Assembly (NCBI GenBank): GCA_022508525.1
Contig: JAFLVA010000005.1
Span: 22,625-86,624 of the forward strand
Direction of reading: 5' to 3'
Source: Erysipelotrichales bacterium
Lineage (GTDB): Bacteria > Bacillota_I > Bacilli_A > RFN20 > CAG-826
DNA: 64,000 nucleotides
This document shows, one piece after another, positions 17,910 to 26,482 of this stretch; position 1 is the stretch's first letter, and every line of letters starts with the position of its first letter. Below the pieces are notes generated by a model. That model saw nothing but the letters and a program-made list of their open reading frames with translations, searched no databases and had not been told where the DNA came from. Position numbers and translations under genes: made by a program.

Positions 17910-18337
17910 TGAGTGAACAATTAAAGGTTATACCTAATAAAGAAACTATTAGGAAATCATTTAAAAAAGATGATCTAATATCGCAAACGAAAATAATAGA
18001 TGAAAAATTAGCAATTTTATTAGGTAAATATTTTGTGTGTGAGAAATTGGCAAAATATATTATTAGATCATCTTATGAAGATGAAAAAAATTTAAATTTG
18101 ATGAAATTAAAAAAAACTTTATCAAAACATAAAGTCGAAATTGATTCAATAATTTTAGACACAATTTTTTGCACAAGCAGTAATAATTGTGAGATAAAGT
18201 CATTACGTAATATAAGAAATGAAATTGTCCATAATGCATCTTTAGCAAGCAGGAATTCAGCTATTGCCAATTTTGATAAGTATAATCATTATTTGGACGT
18301 TGTTTTGAACGCATTTTATGATAAAGTAGCTCATTAA
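17909..18337 (+). CDS. hypothetical cytoplasmic protein with a HEPN-like Rx4H motif
   Basis: TAATG overlap with the lipoprotein gene. No signal peptide. Helical-looking sequence. LRNIRNEIVHN contains RNEIVH (R-x4-H, RNxxxH flavour) about 35 aa from the C-terminus. Confidence 0.45.
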   Translation: MSEQLKVIPNKETIRKSFKKDDLISQTKIIDEKLAILLGKYFVCEKLAKYIIRSSYEDEKNLNLMKLKKTLSKHKVEIDSIILDTIFCTSSNNCEIKSLRNIRNEIVHNASLASRNSAIANFDKYNHYLDVVLNAFYDKVAH

Positions 18338-18364
18338 ATTTAAATAAAAATTAGGAGAAAATTG

Positions 18365-20719
18365 ATGAACAAAAAAATTAAAATAATTCCATTTTTCGCT
18401 ATATTAGCTAGCTTATTTGTGTCTTGTGGAAGTAACAAAACAACTAATGAGATATCTTTACACCCTTACGATGAACATTTGAGATATGAATTGGCAAGCA
18501 ATGCAGCAGAGTATACCGTTTATGGTAATTATGTTTTTTACCCAAATGATATTCAATATATTAATATCCCAAGTATGCATGATGGATTACCTGTCACAAG
18601 TATTGGAGAGTTTGCATTCTTTAATTGTAGTTCCTTGACCACAATCACAATTCCAAGTAGTGTAACAAGTATTGGAGAGTCTGCATTCAAAGGATGTAGT
18701 TCTTTAACATCAATTACAGTCCCAAGTAGTGTAACAAGTATCGGAAAAAATGCTTTCCAAGAATGTACATCATTAAAGAGTTTAACCTTACCATATATAG
18801 ATACCTATTTAGGCTATTATTTTGGAGCAAGTTCATCTAATTATAATTTAGGTTATGTCCCAAGTAGTTTAAAAGAAGTAATAATATTAGGTGGAAGTAA
18901 GATACCTGATGATGCCTTTTATGGCTGTCGTTCATTAACCTCAATCACAATTCAAAATAGTGTGACAAGTATTGGGAATTATGCATTCGATACCTGTAGT
19001 TCCTTAACCTCAATAACAATCCCAAGTAGTGTAACAAGTATTGGATTGGAGGCATTCTCCATATGTAATTCTTTACAATACAATGAATATGAAAATTGTT
19101 ATTATTTGGGAAATGATGAAAATCCATATTTAGTATTAATAAAAGCAAAAGATACAAGTGTTACAGGTGTAACAATAAATGAAAATACAAAAATTATTTA
19201 TGACTATGCATTCGATGGCTGTAGTTCCTTAACATCACTAACAATTCCAAGTAGTGTCACAAGTATTGGAAGAGATGCATTCTATGGATGTGATTTTTTA
19301 CAATATAAGAAATATAGTAATTGCTATTATTTAGGAAATGAAGATAATCCATATTTAATATTAATAAAAGCAAAAGATACAAGTATTACAAACGTAACAA
19401 TAAATGAAAATACAAGATTTATTTACGCTAATGCATTCGAATATTGTAGTTCATTAACCACAATTACAATTCCAAGTAGTGTCACAAGTATTGGAAGAGA
19501 TGCATTCGAATACTGCAGTTCCTTAAAAAATGTATATTATAATGGAACAATAGAAAATTGGTGTAATATTGAATTTAGTACTTATGCTTCAAATCCAATG
19601 GGTTCTGCAGCAAGATATTTCTATATGTTAAAAGCAAATAATGTATATGACAAAGTGACAAATATTGTGATTCCTAATACGGTAACATCAATCAGAAATT
19701 ATCAATTCATTCACTTTAATACTGTAATCTCAATAGAGATCCCAAACAGTGTAACAAGTATCGAATATTCAGCATTCTCTAATTGTACAAACTTACAAAC
19801 AATAACATTTGAAAGCGAAAGTAAATTAGAAAGTATCGGAGATTATGCATTCATGTTTTGCGGCTCTTTAACCTCAATCACCATCCCAAGTAGTGTAACA
19901 AGCATCGGATTGTATGCATTCTATTATTGTACAAACTTAAAAAGAGCAACGTTTGAAAATGAAAGTAAATTAGAAAGTATCGGAGATGAGGCATTCGAAT
20001 ATTGTAGATCCTTGACTTCAATCACCATCCCAAGTAGTGTAACAAGTATTGGAACACGTGCGTTCTATGAATGCAATTCATTACAATATAATGAATATGG
20101 AAATTGTTATTATTTAGGAAATGAAGATAATCCATATTTAGCATTAATAGAAGCAAAAGATACAAATATTACAAATGCAACGATAAAAGAAAATACAAAA
20201 GTAATTTGCGGTTCTGCATTCAGAAATTGTAGTTCTTTAACTTCAATCACAATTCCAAGCAGTGTAACAAGCATCGGATGGCATGCATTCTCTTATTGTA
20301 CAAACTTACAAACAGTAACGTTTGAAAGTGGAAGTAAATTAGAAATTATCGGACGGTATGCATTCGAATACTGCAGTTCTTTAACCTCAATAGTAATTCC
20401 AAGCAGTGTAACAAGTATTAGACCTTGTGCATTTTATTGGTGCACAAACTTACAAACAGTAACATTCGAAAATGGAAGCAAATTAGAAAGTATTGGATTT
20501 GATGCATTCTTTTACTGCAGTTCTTTAACCTCAATAGTAATACTAAGTAGTGTAACAAGTATCGGACAAAGTGCATTTTCTAAATGCAGTTCATTAACAA
20601 TCTATTGTGAAGCAAGTAGTGAATTGGGATGGAATTCGGAATGGAATTATGATAGAAGGCCAGTATATTGGAAAGGACAATGGTCATACGTTAATGGTGT
20701 ACCAACACCAAATAATTAA
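18365..20719 (+). CDS. large BspA-type leucine-rich-repeat surface lipoprotein
   Basis: AGGAG RBS, ATG 18365. Lipobox LFVSC. About 25 tandem units with the SLTSITIPSSVTSIG..AF..C consensus. Three higher-order modules of about 75 aa. Confidence 0.85.
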   Translation: MNKKIKIIPFFAILASLFVSCGSNKTTNEISLHPYDEHLRYELASNAAEYTVYGNYVFYPNDIQYINIPSMHDGLPVTSIGEFAFFNCSSLTTITIPSSVTSIGESAFKGCSSLTSITVPSSVTSIGKNAFQECTSLKSLTLPYIDTYLGYYFGASSSNYNLGYVPSSLKEVIILGGSKIPDDAFYGCRSLTSITIQNSVTSIGNYAFDTCSSLTSITIPSSVTSIGLEAFSICNSLQYNEYENCYYLGNDENPYLVLIKAKDTSVTGVTINENTKIIYDYAFDGCSSLTSLTIPSSVTSIGRDAFYGCDFLQYKKYSNCYYLGNEDNPYLILIKAKDTSITNVTINENTRFIYANAFEYCSSLTTITIPSSVTSIGRDAFEYCSSLKNVYYNGTIENWCNIEFSTYASNPMGSAARYFYMLKANNVYDKVTNIVIPNTVTSIRNYQFIHFNTVISIEIPNSVTSIEYSAFSNCTNLQTITFESESKLESIGDYAFMFCGSLTSITIPSSVTSIGLYAFYYCTNLKRATFENESKLESIGDEAFEYCRSLTSITIPSSVTSIGTRAFYECNSLQYNEYGNCYYLGNEDNPYLALIEAKDTNITNATIKENTKVICGSAFRNCSSLTSITIPSSVTSIGWHAFSYCTNLQTVTFESGSKLEIIGRYAFEYCSSLTSIVIPSSVTSIRPCAFYWCTNLQTVTFENGSKLESIGFDAFFYCSSLTSIVILSSVTSIGQSAFSKCSSLTIYCEASSELGWNSEWNYDRRPVYWKGQWSYVNGVPTPNN
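18600..20620 (+). repeat. intragenic tandem DNA repeats (LRR units of about 69-75 bp, plus 225-bp higher-order modules starting at 19073, 19298 and 20081)
   Basis: Recurring CCAAGTAGTGTAACAAGTAT(T/C)GGA cores. The modules beginning TTACAATA(C/T)AA... are near-identical over more than 100 bp. Confidence 0.85.
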
Positions 20720-20748
20720 TTTATTAAATTTATAAATATATCCTTAAG

Positions 20749-20782
20749 GTTGTTAGGATAGATTTCCTTTCAACTTTTTTTT
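20749..20782 (+). terminator. rho-independent terminator of the lipoprotein/HEPN-like/LRR operon
   Basis: GTTGttAGGA-tagatt-TCCTttCAAC followed by T8. Confidence 0.65.
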
Positions 20783-21099
20783 ATATGCGTCCGCTGCACC
20801 ATTCAATGTTAAATACTTATTCCGTCATTAGTGATGGACACCTAATGATAGAAAGGGTATGAATATATATGCCAAAGAATAATAAAGAAACCTTTAAGAT
20901 TATCATCCGACAAAAAGACTTAAAGCTCACGATTGAAGGCAAGTACAGCGATTTTTATCGCACATTAAGAAAGATACTTAAAGGTAAAATTGTTATTTAA
21001 CTTTTTAACCGATTTATCAATTAGTGATTTATTGCATTAAGGAACTAGGAATTACTATTTTAGATCGGTTTTTTGTCCTACGCATAAAAGGAGAAATTT

Positions 21100-21312
21100 A
21101 TGAAACAAGTAAATGTAGTGGCGTTACTAACCGTCGTAACAAGAAAAGGACAAGATCCTCGCTTCAATCTAACTGTAGTTTTAGAAAATAAGATTAAAGC
21201 AGAACAATCCTTCTCACAAAATTTTAATAATTTGGAATTAACACCAACAAATCTTTTAATACTTAGAACTATTTTCAAAAATATTAAAAAGCCCTATCCT
21301 TGCTTTGGTTAG
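21100..21312 (+). CDS. questionable small ORF (70 aa)
   Basis: Good RBS (AAAGGAG, 8-nt spacing), but no recognisable motif. Its 3' end runs through the terminator hairpin of the convergent minus-strand gene. Confidence 0.25.
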   Translation: MKQVNVVALLTVVTRKGQDPRFNLTVVLENKIKAEQSFSQNFNNLELTPTNLLILRTIFKNIKKPYPCFG

Positions 21313-21317
21313 GGCTT
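21286..21317 (-). terminator. rho-independent terminator of the NMT1-type binding-protein gene
   Basis: AAGCCCTA...TAGGGCTT stem. The T-run is on the minus strand (A5 at 21286-21290 on the plus strand). Confidence 0.65.
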
Positions 21318-21341
21318 AATAAATATTGTTTGAAATTTTAA

Positions 21342-22343
21342 TTAGCTAATATATGCATTAGTGACTAACTTATCATAAGGCACAACTACATCTTCATTAA
21401 GTTGACCAGCCATTTTAACAATCTCAATTAATTTATTGAAATTATCTTGATTAAATCTTAGAGTATTTGGCCATGCTTCAATTCCTAAGTAGTTATTCAT
21501 AACATTAGTTAATTCTTCATCATCACTAGAAGTGAAATCTTTTCTTAAGTATGGAATGATGTTTTCAACTGTTTCATTTAAAACATAATCAATTCCTTTT
21601 TGAATAGCGCGAGTAAATTTACGTAAGATTTCTTCATTATTCTTCATATATGATTGTAAAGTTGAATAACAAGTATAAGGAATAACACCTGAATCTTCAC
21701 CAAGAGATGCAAGAATATGCCCTTTTCCAGAACGGACTACTTGAGAAGCAGTTGGTTCAAATGCTGTGACGAAATCTGATTCACCTGCAACGAACACTCC
21801 TGACATTGCATCAAAAGATACATCTGTTCTGACATTAACTTCTTTAGTTGGATCATCTTCTCCAACTTCAAGTCCTGCATTTTTCAAAATATATTCTAAG
21901 ATCATTAAAGGCATACCACCTTTTCGACCACCAATTACAGTCTTACCACGCATCATAGTGTAATCGAAATTCTCAATTTCATCACGACCTAAAACGAAAG
22001 ATCCATCTTTTTGTGTTAATTGAGCAAAGTTAACCGCATAATCTTTTTGTCCATTTTGATAAACATAGACACTAGCTTCTGGTCCCATTAAGCCGATTTG
22101 AGCTTCTTTAGAAAGAAGAGCAGCCATTGTTTTATCTGCACCAGGAGTAGTAATAACATCTACTTTTAATCCTTCTTCTTCAAAGAATCCTTTGTTTATT
22201 GCCACATATTGAGGAGCGTAGAAGATAGAATGAGTTACCTCTGCAATTGTAATATGAGTATAACCATCATCTTTACAAGAATTTAATAACGATAATGGTA
22301 ATATTAGAAATGCAGATAATAAAAAGTATTTAAATTTTTTCAT
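21342..22343 (-). CDS. ABC transporter substrate-binding lipoprotein, NMT1/THI5 (NitT/TauT) family
   Basis: Lipobox LLNSC. ITIAEVTHSIFYAPQYVAINKGFFEEEGLKVDV is typical of NMT1/SsuA-like binding proteins. Confidence 0.8.
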   Translation of the reverse strand: MKKFKYFLLSAFLILPLSLLNSCKDDGYTHITIAEVTHSIFYAPQYVAINKGFFEEEGLKVDVITTPGADKTMAALLSKEAQIGLMGPEASVYVYQNGQKDYAVNFAQLTQKDGSFVLGRDEIENFDYTMMRGKTVIGGRKGGMPLMILEYILKNAGLEVGEDDPTKEVNVRTDVSFDAMSGVFVAGESDFVTAFEPTASQVVRSGKGHILASLGEDSGVIPYTCYSTLQSYMKNNEEILRKFTRAIQKGIDYVLNETVENIIPYLRKDFTSSDDEELTNVMNNYLGIEAWPNTLRFNQDNFNKLIEIVKMAGQLNEDVVVPYDKLVTNAYIS

Positions 22344-22515
22344 AAAATCACCTATACTAGTTTATTTATTAATTTAATATTTGTGATATAAATGTGCTTT
22401 ATAATTACAAAAAGATGCTTAACATAGGTGTACTGAACATAAGTATGTTTTTAACTTAACATAGTTATTTTTTTATTCTATAATATATTGCAATTGTAAG
22501 TTTGGAGGTAATTGT

Positions 22516-23568
22516 ATGAAACCTTGGCTATGGATAGTTATAATACTTGTTTTATTAATTATAGTAATTATTATAGGACTTATTTTATTAATTCCTAATT
22601 TAATCAGAAAGTTTGGATTTGGTCGTTATGATGATGATAACACACTACATTATTTTTCGCATAATGACTTTGAAGGTATGAAACAAGAAGAGTTTACTTT
22701 TAAATCAAATGGACTTAATTTGCAGGGATATCTTTACCAAATTGAAAACATAAAAAATAAAGGGATTATTGTTTTTGCACATGGTTTAGGCGCAGGGCAT
22801 ATTCAATACATAACAGAGATTCATCACTTTGTAAAATTAGGGTATTTAGTTTACACTTTTGACGCACAAGGATGTCTAAATTCTGAGGGAAAGGGAATAG
22901 AGTATATATCAAATTATCCTAAAAATTTGGATGATTTTTTAACATATTTAGAAGAAACAAAATTAAATGGAGGAAAATATTCACTTGTTGGTCATTCACT
23001 TGGTGCGTATGGAGTAAATTTAATGCCTCAATTCCACAACAATATTAAACGAATTGTATCTTTATCAGGATTTGATTCAACTGAAAAATTTATGAATGAT
23101 ATGCTTTCATCTACAAAAGGCTTAGGAAATGTAATTACTAAATTATTTTGTAATCAAGAAAAGAAAAGAAATAAAATGTACTATCTCTCATCAAGCGAAG
23201 TTTTGTCAAAACAAAAACCAAATATTCTCTTAGTTAGTGGAACTTTAGATCCACTAGTTAAACCGGAATCAAACTTTGAACATTTTAAAAAAGTTTCAAA
23301 AGATAATGAAAACGCACACTTTATGTTAGTAGAAGGAAGAGCACATAGACCATTATTAACATTAAAAGCGTCTGATTACGATACAAAAATGAATATAGAT
23401 TTAAATAATTTAAAAAAGAAAAAAGTCAGTAAAAGCGAGTTAAAACAATATTATGATAGTCTAGATTATAACATTTTAGTTGAATTAGATTTAAAAGTAA
23501 TGAAAGTAATTGATGACTTTTTAGATGGTAAGGAAATTGAAAATAATATCGTAATTAAATGTGAATAA
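22516..23568 (+). CDS. membrane-anchored alpha/beta hydrolase
   Basis: N-terminal TM. HG oxyanion motif (FAHGLGAG). Nucleophile elbow GHSLGA. Late D and H (GTLDP, GRAHRP). Confidence 0.7.
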   Translation: MKPWLWIVIILVLLIIVIIIGLILLIPNLIRKFGFGRYDDDNTLHYFSHNDFEGMKQEEFTFKSNGLNLQGYLYQIENIKNKGIIVFAHGLGAGHIQYITEIHHFVKLGYLVYTFDAQGCLNSEGKGIEYISNYPKNLDDFLTYLEETKLNGGKYSLVGHSLGAYGVNLMPQFHNNIKRIVSLSGFDSTEKFMNDMLSSTKGLGNVITKLFCNQEKKRNKMYYLSSSEVLSKQKPNILLVSGTLDPLVKPESNFEHFKKVSKDNENAHFMLVEGRAHRPLLTLKASDYDTKMNIDLNNLKKKKVSKSELKQYYDSLDYNILVELDLKVMKVIDDFLDGKEIENNIVIKCE

Positions 23569-23696
23569 TAATCAAAGTATTTATCAAATCATACATCTAA
23601 GTTTTTAATTGTCTTTTCGCATGTTTAGATGAAAAACTTTGTGGTAAAATTTATAGTGAAAAATTAATTTAATAACATTGAAAGGAGTGGCTATAT

Positions 23697-25202
23697 ATGA
23701 AGAAAGAACATCAATATATAGCCATTGATCTTAAGAGTTTTTATGCTTCTGTTGAATGTGTAGAACGTGGTTTAGATCCATTAACCACTAATTTGGTAGT
23801 GGCGGATAAAAGTAGGACTGAAAAAACTATTTGTCTTGCAGTATCGCCATCTTTAAAAGCACATGGTATATCTGGAAGACCACGTCTATTTGAAGTAATA
23901 CAAAAAGTTAAAGAAATTAATAATGAGCGTAAGAAAAAATCACCAAAAAGAGTATTAGAAGGAACTTCAAGTAATGATATTGAATTAAAGAATAATTTCT
24001 CTCTTGCTCTTGACTATATCGTGGCAACTCCAAGGATGGCTCACTACATGAAATATAGTGCAAGGATATATGAAATTTATTTAAAGTATATATCCAAAGA
24101 TGATATTCATGTATATTCTATTGACGAAGTTTTCATGGATGTTACTAATTATCTTAAGTTATATAAATTGACTGCTCAAGAACTAGCTAAAAAAATAATT
24201 CAAGATGTTTTAAAAGAAACAGGAATAACCGCAACTGCAGGAATTGGTACAAATTTATATTTGGCCAAAGTAGCTATGGATATTGGTGCTAAACATATTG
24301 ACGCTGATAAAGATGGCGTTAGAATTGCATATCTAGATGAAATGTCTTATCGAAAAAGTTTATGGACTCATACTCCATTAACAGATTTTTGGAGAGTAGG
24401 AAGAGGATACAAAAATAAACTAGAAGCACATGGAATGTATACAATGGGTGATGTTGCACGAATTTCTTATGAAAATGAAGATTTGTTATATGAACTTTTT
24501 GGTATTAATGCGGAACTTTTAATAGATCATGCCTGGGGATATGAACCATGTACAATAAAAGATATCAAAGCATATAAGCCTGAAAACAATAGTGTTAGTT
24601 CGGGACAAGTTTTACAAGAAGCATATACTTTTGAAAAGGCAAGACTGGTGGTTAAAGAAATGACTGACTTACTTGTGCTTGATTTAGTTGAAAAGGATTT
24701 GGTAACAGATCAAATGGTTTTAACAGTCGGATATGATATTGAATGCATAAAAAATCCTAAAATAAATCAGTATATAAAAGATCCAGTATCCAAAGATTAT
24801 TATGGTCGTTTGATTCCAAAACCTGCACATGGGACAATACACTTAAAAGCGCCTACATCATCTACAAAAAAAATTATTAGTGCAGTAATGGATCTATATA
24901 AACAAATACTAAATCCAAAGTTATTAATTAAAAGAATTTATGTTGTTGCATGTAATGTTCAAAATGAAAGTCAAATAAAAGAAAAAACATATGAACAATT
25001 AGATATATTTACGGACTATGAAGCATTAAAGAAAAAACACGAAGATGAGAAAAAAGAATTAGATAAAGAAAAGAAACTGCAAAAGACTATTTTAAATATT
25101 AAGGGAAAATATGGAAAAAATGCTGTCTTAAAAGGTATGGATTTAGAAGAAGGAGCAACTACTGTAGATAGAAATAAACAAATAGGAGGGCATAAAGCAT
25201 GA
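23697..25202 (+). CDS. Y-family DNA polymerase (UvrX/YqjW/ImpB-like translesion polymerase)
   Basis: YIAIDLKSFYASVECVERGLDP, SIDEVFMDVT, GIGTNLYLAKVAMD. Confidence 0.85.
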   Translation: MKKEHQYIAIDLKSFYASVECVERGLDPLTTNLVVADKSRTEKTICLAVSPSLKAHGISGRPRLFEVIQKVKEINNERKKKSPKRVLEGTSSNDIELKNNFSLALDYIVATPRMAHYMKYSARIYEIYLKYISKDDIHVYSIDEVFMDVTNYLKLYKLTAQELAKKIIQDVLKETGITATAGIGTNLYLAKVAMDIGAKHIDADKDGVRIAYLDEMSYRKSLWTHTPLTDFWRVGRGYKNKLEAHGMYTMGDVARISYENEDLLYELFGINAELLIDHAWGYEPCTIKDIKAYKPENNSVSSGQVLQEAYTFEKARLVVKEMTDLLVLDLVEKDLVTDQMVLTVGYDIECIKNPKINQYIKDPVSKDYYGRLIPKPAHGTIHLKAPTSSTKKIISAVMDLYKQILNPKLLIKRIYVVACNVQNESQIKEKTYEQLDIFTDYEALKKKHEDEKKELDKEKKLQKTILNIKGKYGKNAVLKGMDLEEGATTVDRNKQIGGHKA

Positions 25203-25627
25203 TAAATAAAAATTATGACGATATTATTAACCTTCCACATCATACATCAAAAACACATAAACAAATGTCTATTTATGATCGCGCTGCTCAGTTTTCACCT
25301 TTTGCTGCTTTGACAGGATATGAAAGTGTTATTCAAGAAACTTCTCGCACAACAACACAAAAAATATTGTTATCCGAAAATCAAGTAGCGGTTATTAATG
25401 AAAAATTATTAATTTTAAATGAGTGCTTAGAACAACCATTAATTACTATTATTTATTTTAAAAAAGACAAGAAAAAAACAGGTGGTAAATATCAAACAAT
25501 ACAAGGTAAAATCAAAAAGATAGATGAAACTAATAAAGTATTAATTCTTCAAGATGGTACGAAAATTTTATTAGATGATTTATATGATATAAAGGCAGAT
25601 ATATTTGTAAGTTATGATTTAGAATAG
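25199..25627 (+). CDS. YolD-like protein (accessory partner of Y-family polymerases)
   Basis: ATGA overlap with the polymerase gene. RAAQFSPFAALTGYE motif, characteristic of the YolD-like family. Confidence 0.7.
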   Translation: MINKNYDDIINLPHHTSKTHKQMSIYDRAAQFSPFAALTGYESVIQETSRTTTQKILLSENQVAVINEKLLILNECLEQPLITIIYFKKDKKKTGGKYQTIQGKIKKIDETNKVLILQDGTKILLDDLYDIKADIFVSYDLE

Positions 25628-25660
25628 AAAAAATGACTTTGTAAAGAAGTCATTTTTTTA
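25628..25660. terminator. bidirectional terminator between convergent genes
   Basis: AAAATGACTT-tgtaaag-AAGTCATTTT flanked by A and T runs. Confidence 0.75.
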
Positions 25661-25666
25661 TGTAAA

Positions 25667-26482
25667 TTACACTTTATGTCTTTTTGAATATTTGGTGTGA
25701 CGATAGTATTTTTCAATGTAGTTCAGTATTAAATACATAAGTAAAGCTAAGATACCTAGAATGAAAACTCCCATCATGACAAGATCTAGTTTGAATACTT
25801 GTCCACCATATACAACCAAATATCCAATACCTTCACGAGAGACAAGGAATTCACCAACTATAACACCGACCCAGCTCATACCAATATTAATTTTTATAAT
25901 ATTAATAATGTTAGGAATATTTGAAGGTAAAATGAGTTTGGTAAGTATTTGAAACTTATTTGCACCCATAGTCTTAAGCATTTTAATCTGTTCTTTATCT
26001 GCAGAAATAAAATAGTTATAGGAAGACATAATTGTCACGACAATTGATAAAGAAACAGCGACGAGAACGATACCTTTAATACCTGTGCCTGCCCAAATAA
26101 TAAGAATTGGCGCAAGGGCGGTTTTTGGTAAAGCATTTAATACCACTAAGAATGGATCAAATATTTTAGCAATAGTGTCATTCCACCATAATAAAATACC
26201 TATTAATAAACCAAGTAATGTTCCAATTATTAAACCAAGCAAAGTTTCATATACGCTTATTTTAATATGGTTAAATAACTCACCATTTTGTAAATACCTA
26301 ACAAATAAATTAAATATATCTGTTGGTTTTGATACCAAAAAAACATTGATTACGTTTAAACTTGCTAATATTTCCCAGGTTAATAAGAACAATATTGCAA
26401 TACTTATTTGCGCTAACAAGACAAATGCTTTATGGCGTCTTTTAATTTTTTTAAATTGTTCAACTGATTCAATCTGCTTCAT
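25667..26482 (-). CDS. ABC transporter permease (NitT/TauT family)
   Basis: 6 TM. EAA-like loop MLKTMGANKFQILTKLILPSNIP. Confidence 0.85.
   Translation of the reverse strand: MKQIESVEQFKKIKRRHKAFVLLAQISIAILFLLTWEILASLNVINVFLVSKPTDIFNLFVRYLQNGELFNHIKISVYETLLGLIIGTLLGLLIGILLWWNDTIAKIFDPFLVVLNALPKTALAPILIIWAGTGIKGIVLVAVSLSIVVTIMSSYNYFISADKEQIKMLKTMGANKFQILTKLILPSNIPNIINIIKINIGMSWVGVIVGEFLVSREGIGYLVVYGGQVFKLDLVMMGVFILGILALLMYLILNYIEKYYRHTKYSKRHKV

Noticed and set aside
18600-20620. Regularly spaced near-identical 24-nt cores (CCAAGTAGTGTAACAAGTATTGGA) about 69-75 bp apart could be mistaken for a CRISPR array.
   Set aside because: They lie in one uninterrupted 785-codon ORF, encode the SSVTSIG part of a leucine-rich-repeat consensus, and the 'spacers' are themselves homologous. 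No cas genes are nearby.
23569-23696. I looked for a LexA/Cheo SOS box (CGAAC-N4-GTTCG) upstream of the Y-family polymerase/YolD pair.
   Set aside because: No match was found; the closest string, TTCGCATGTTTAG, lacks the dyad. No SOS-regulation claim is made.
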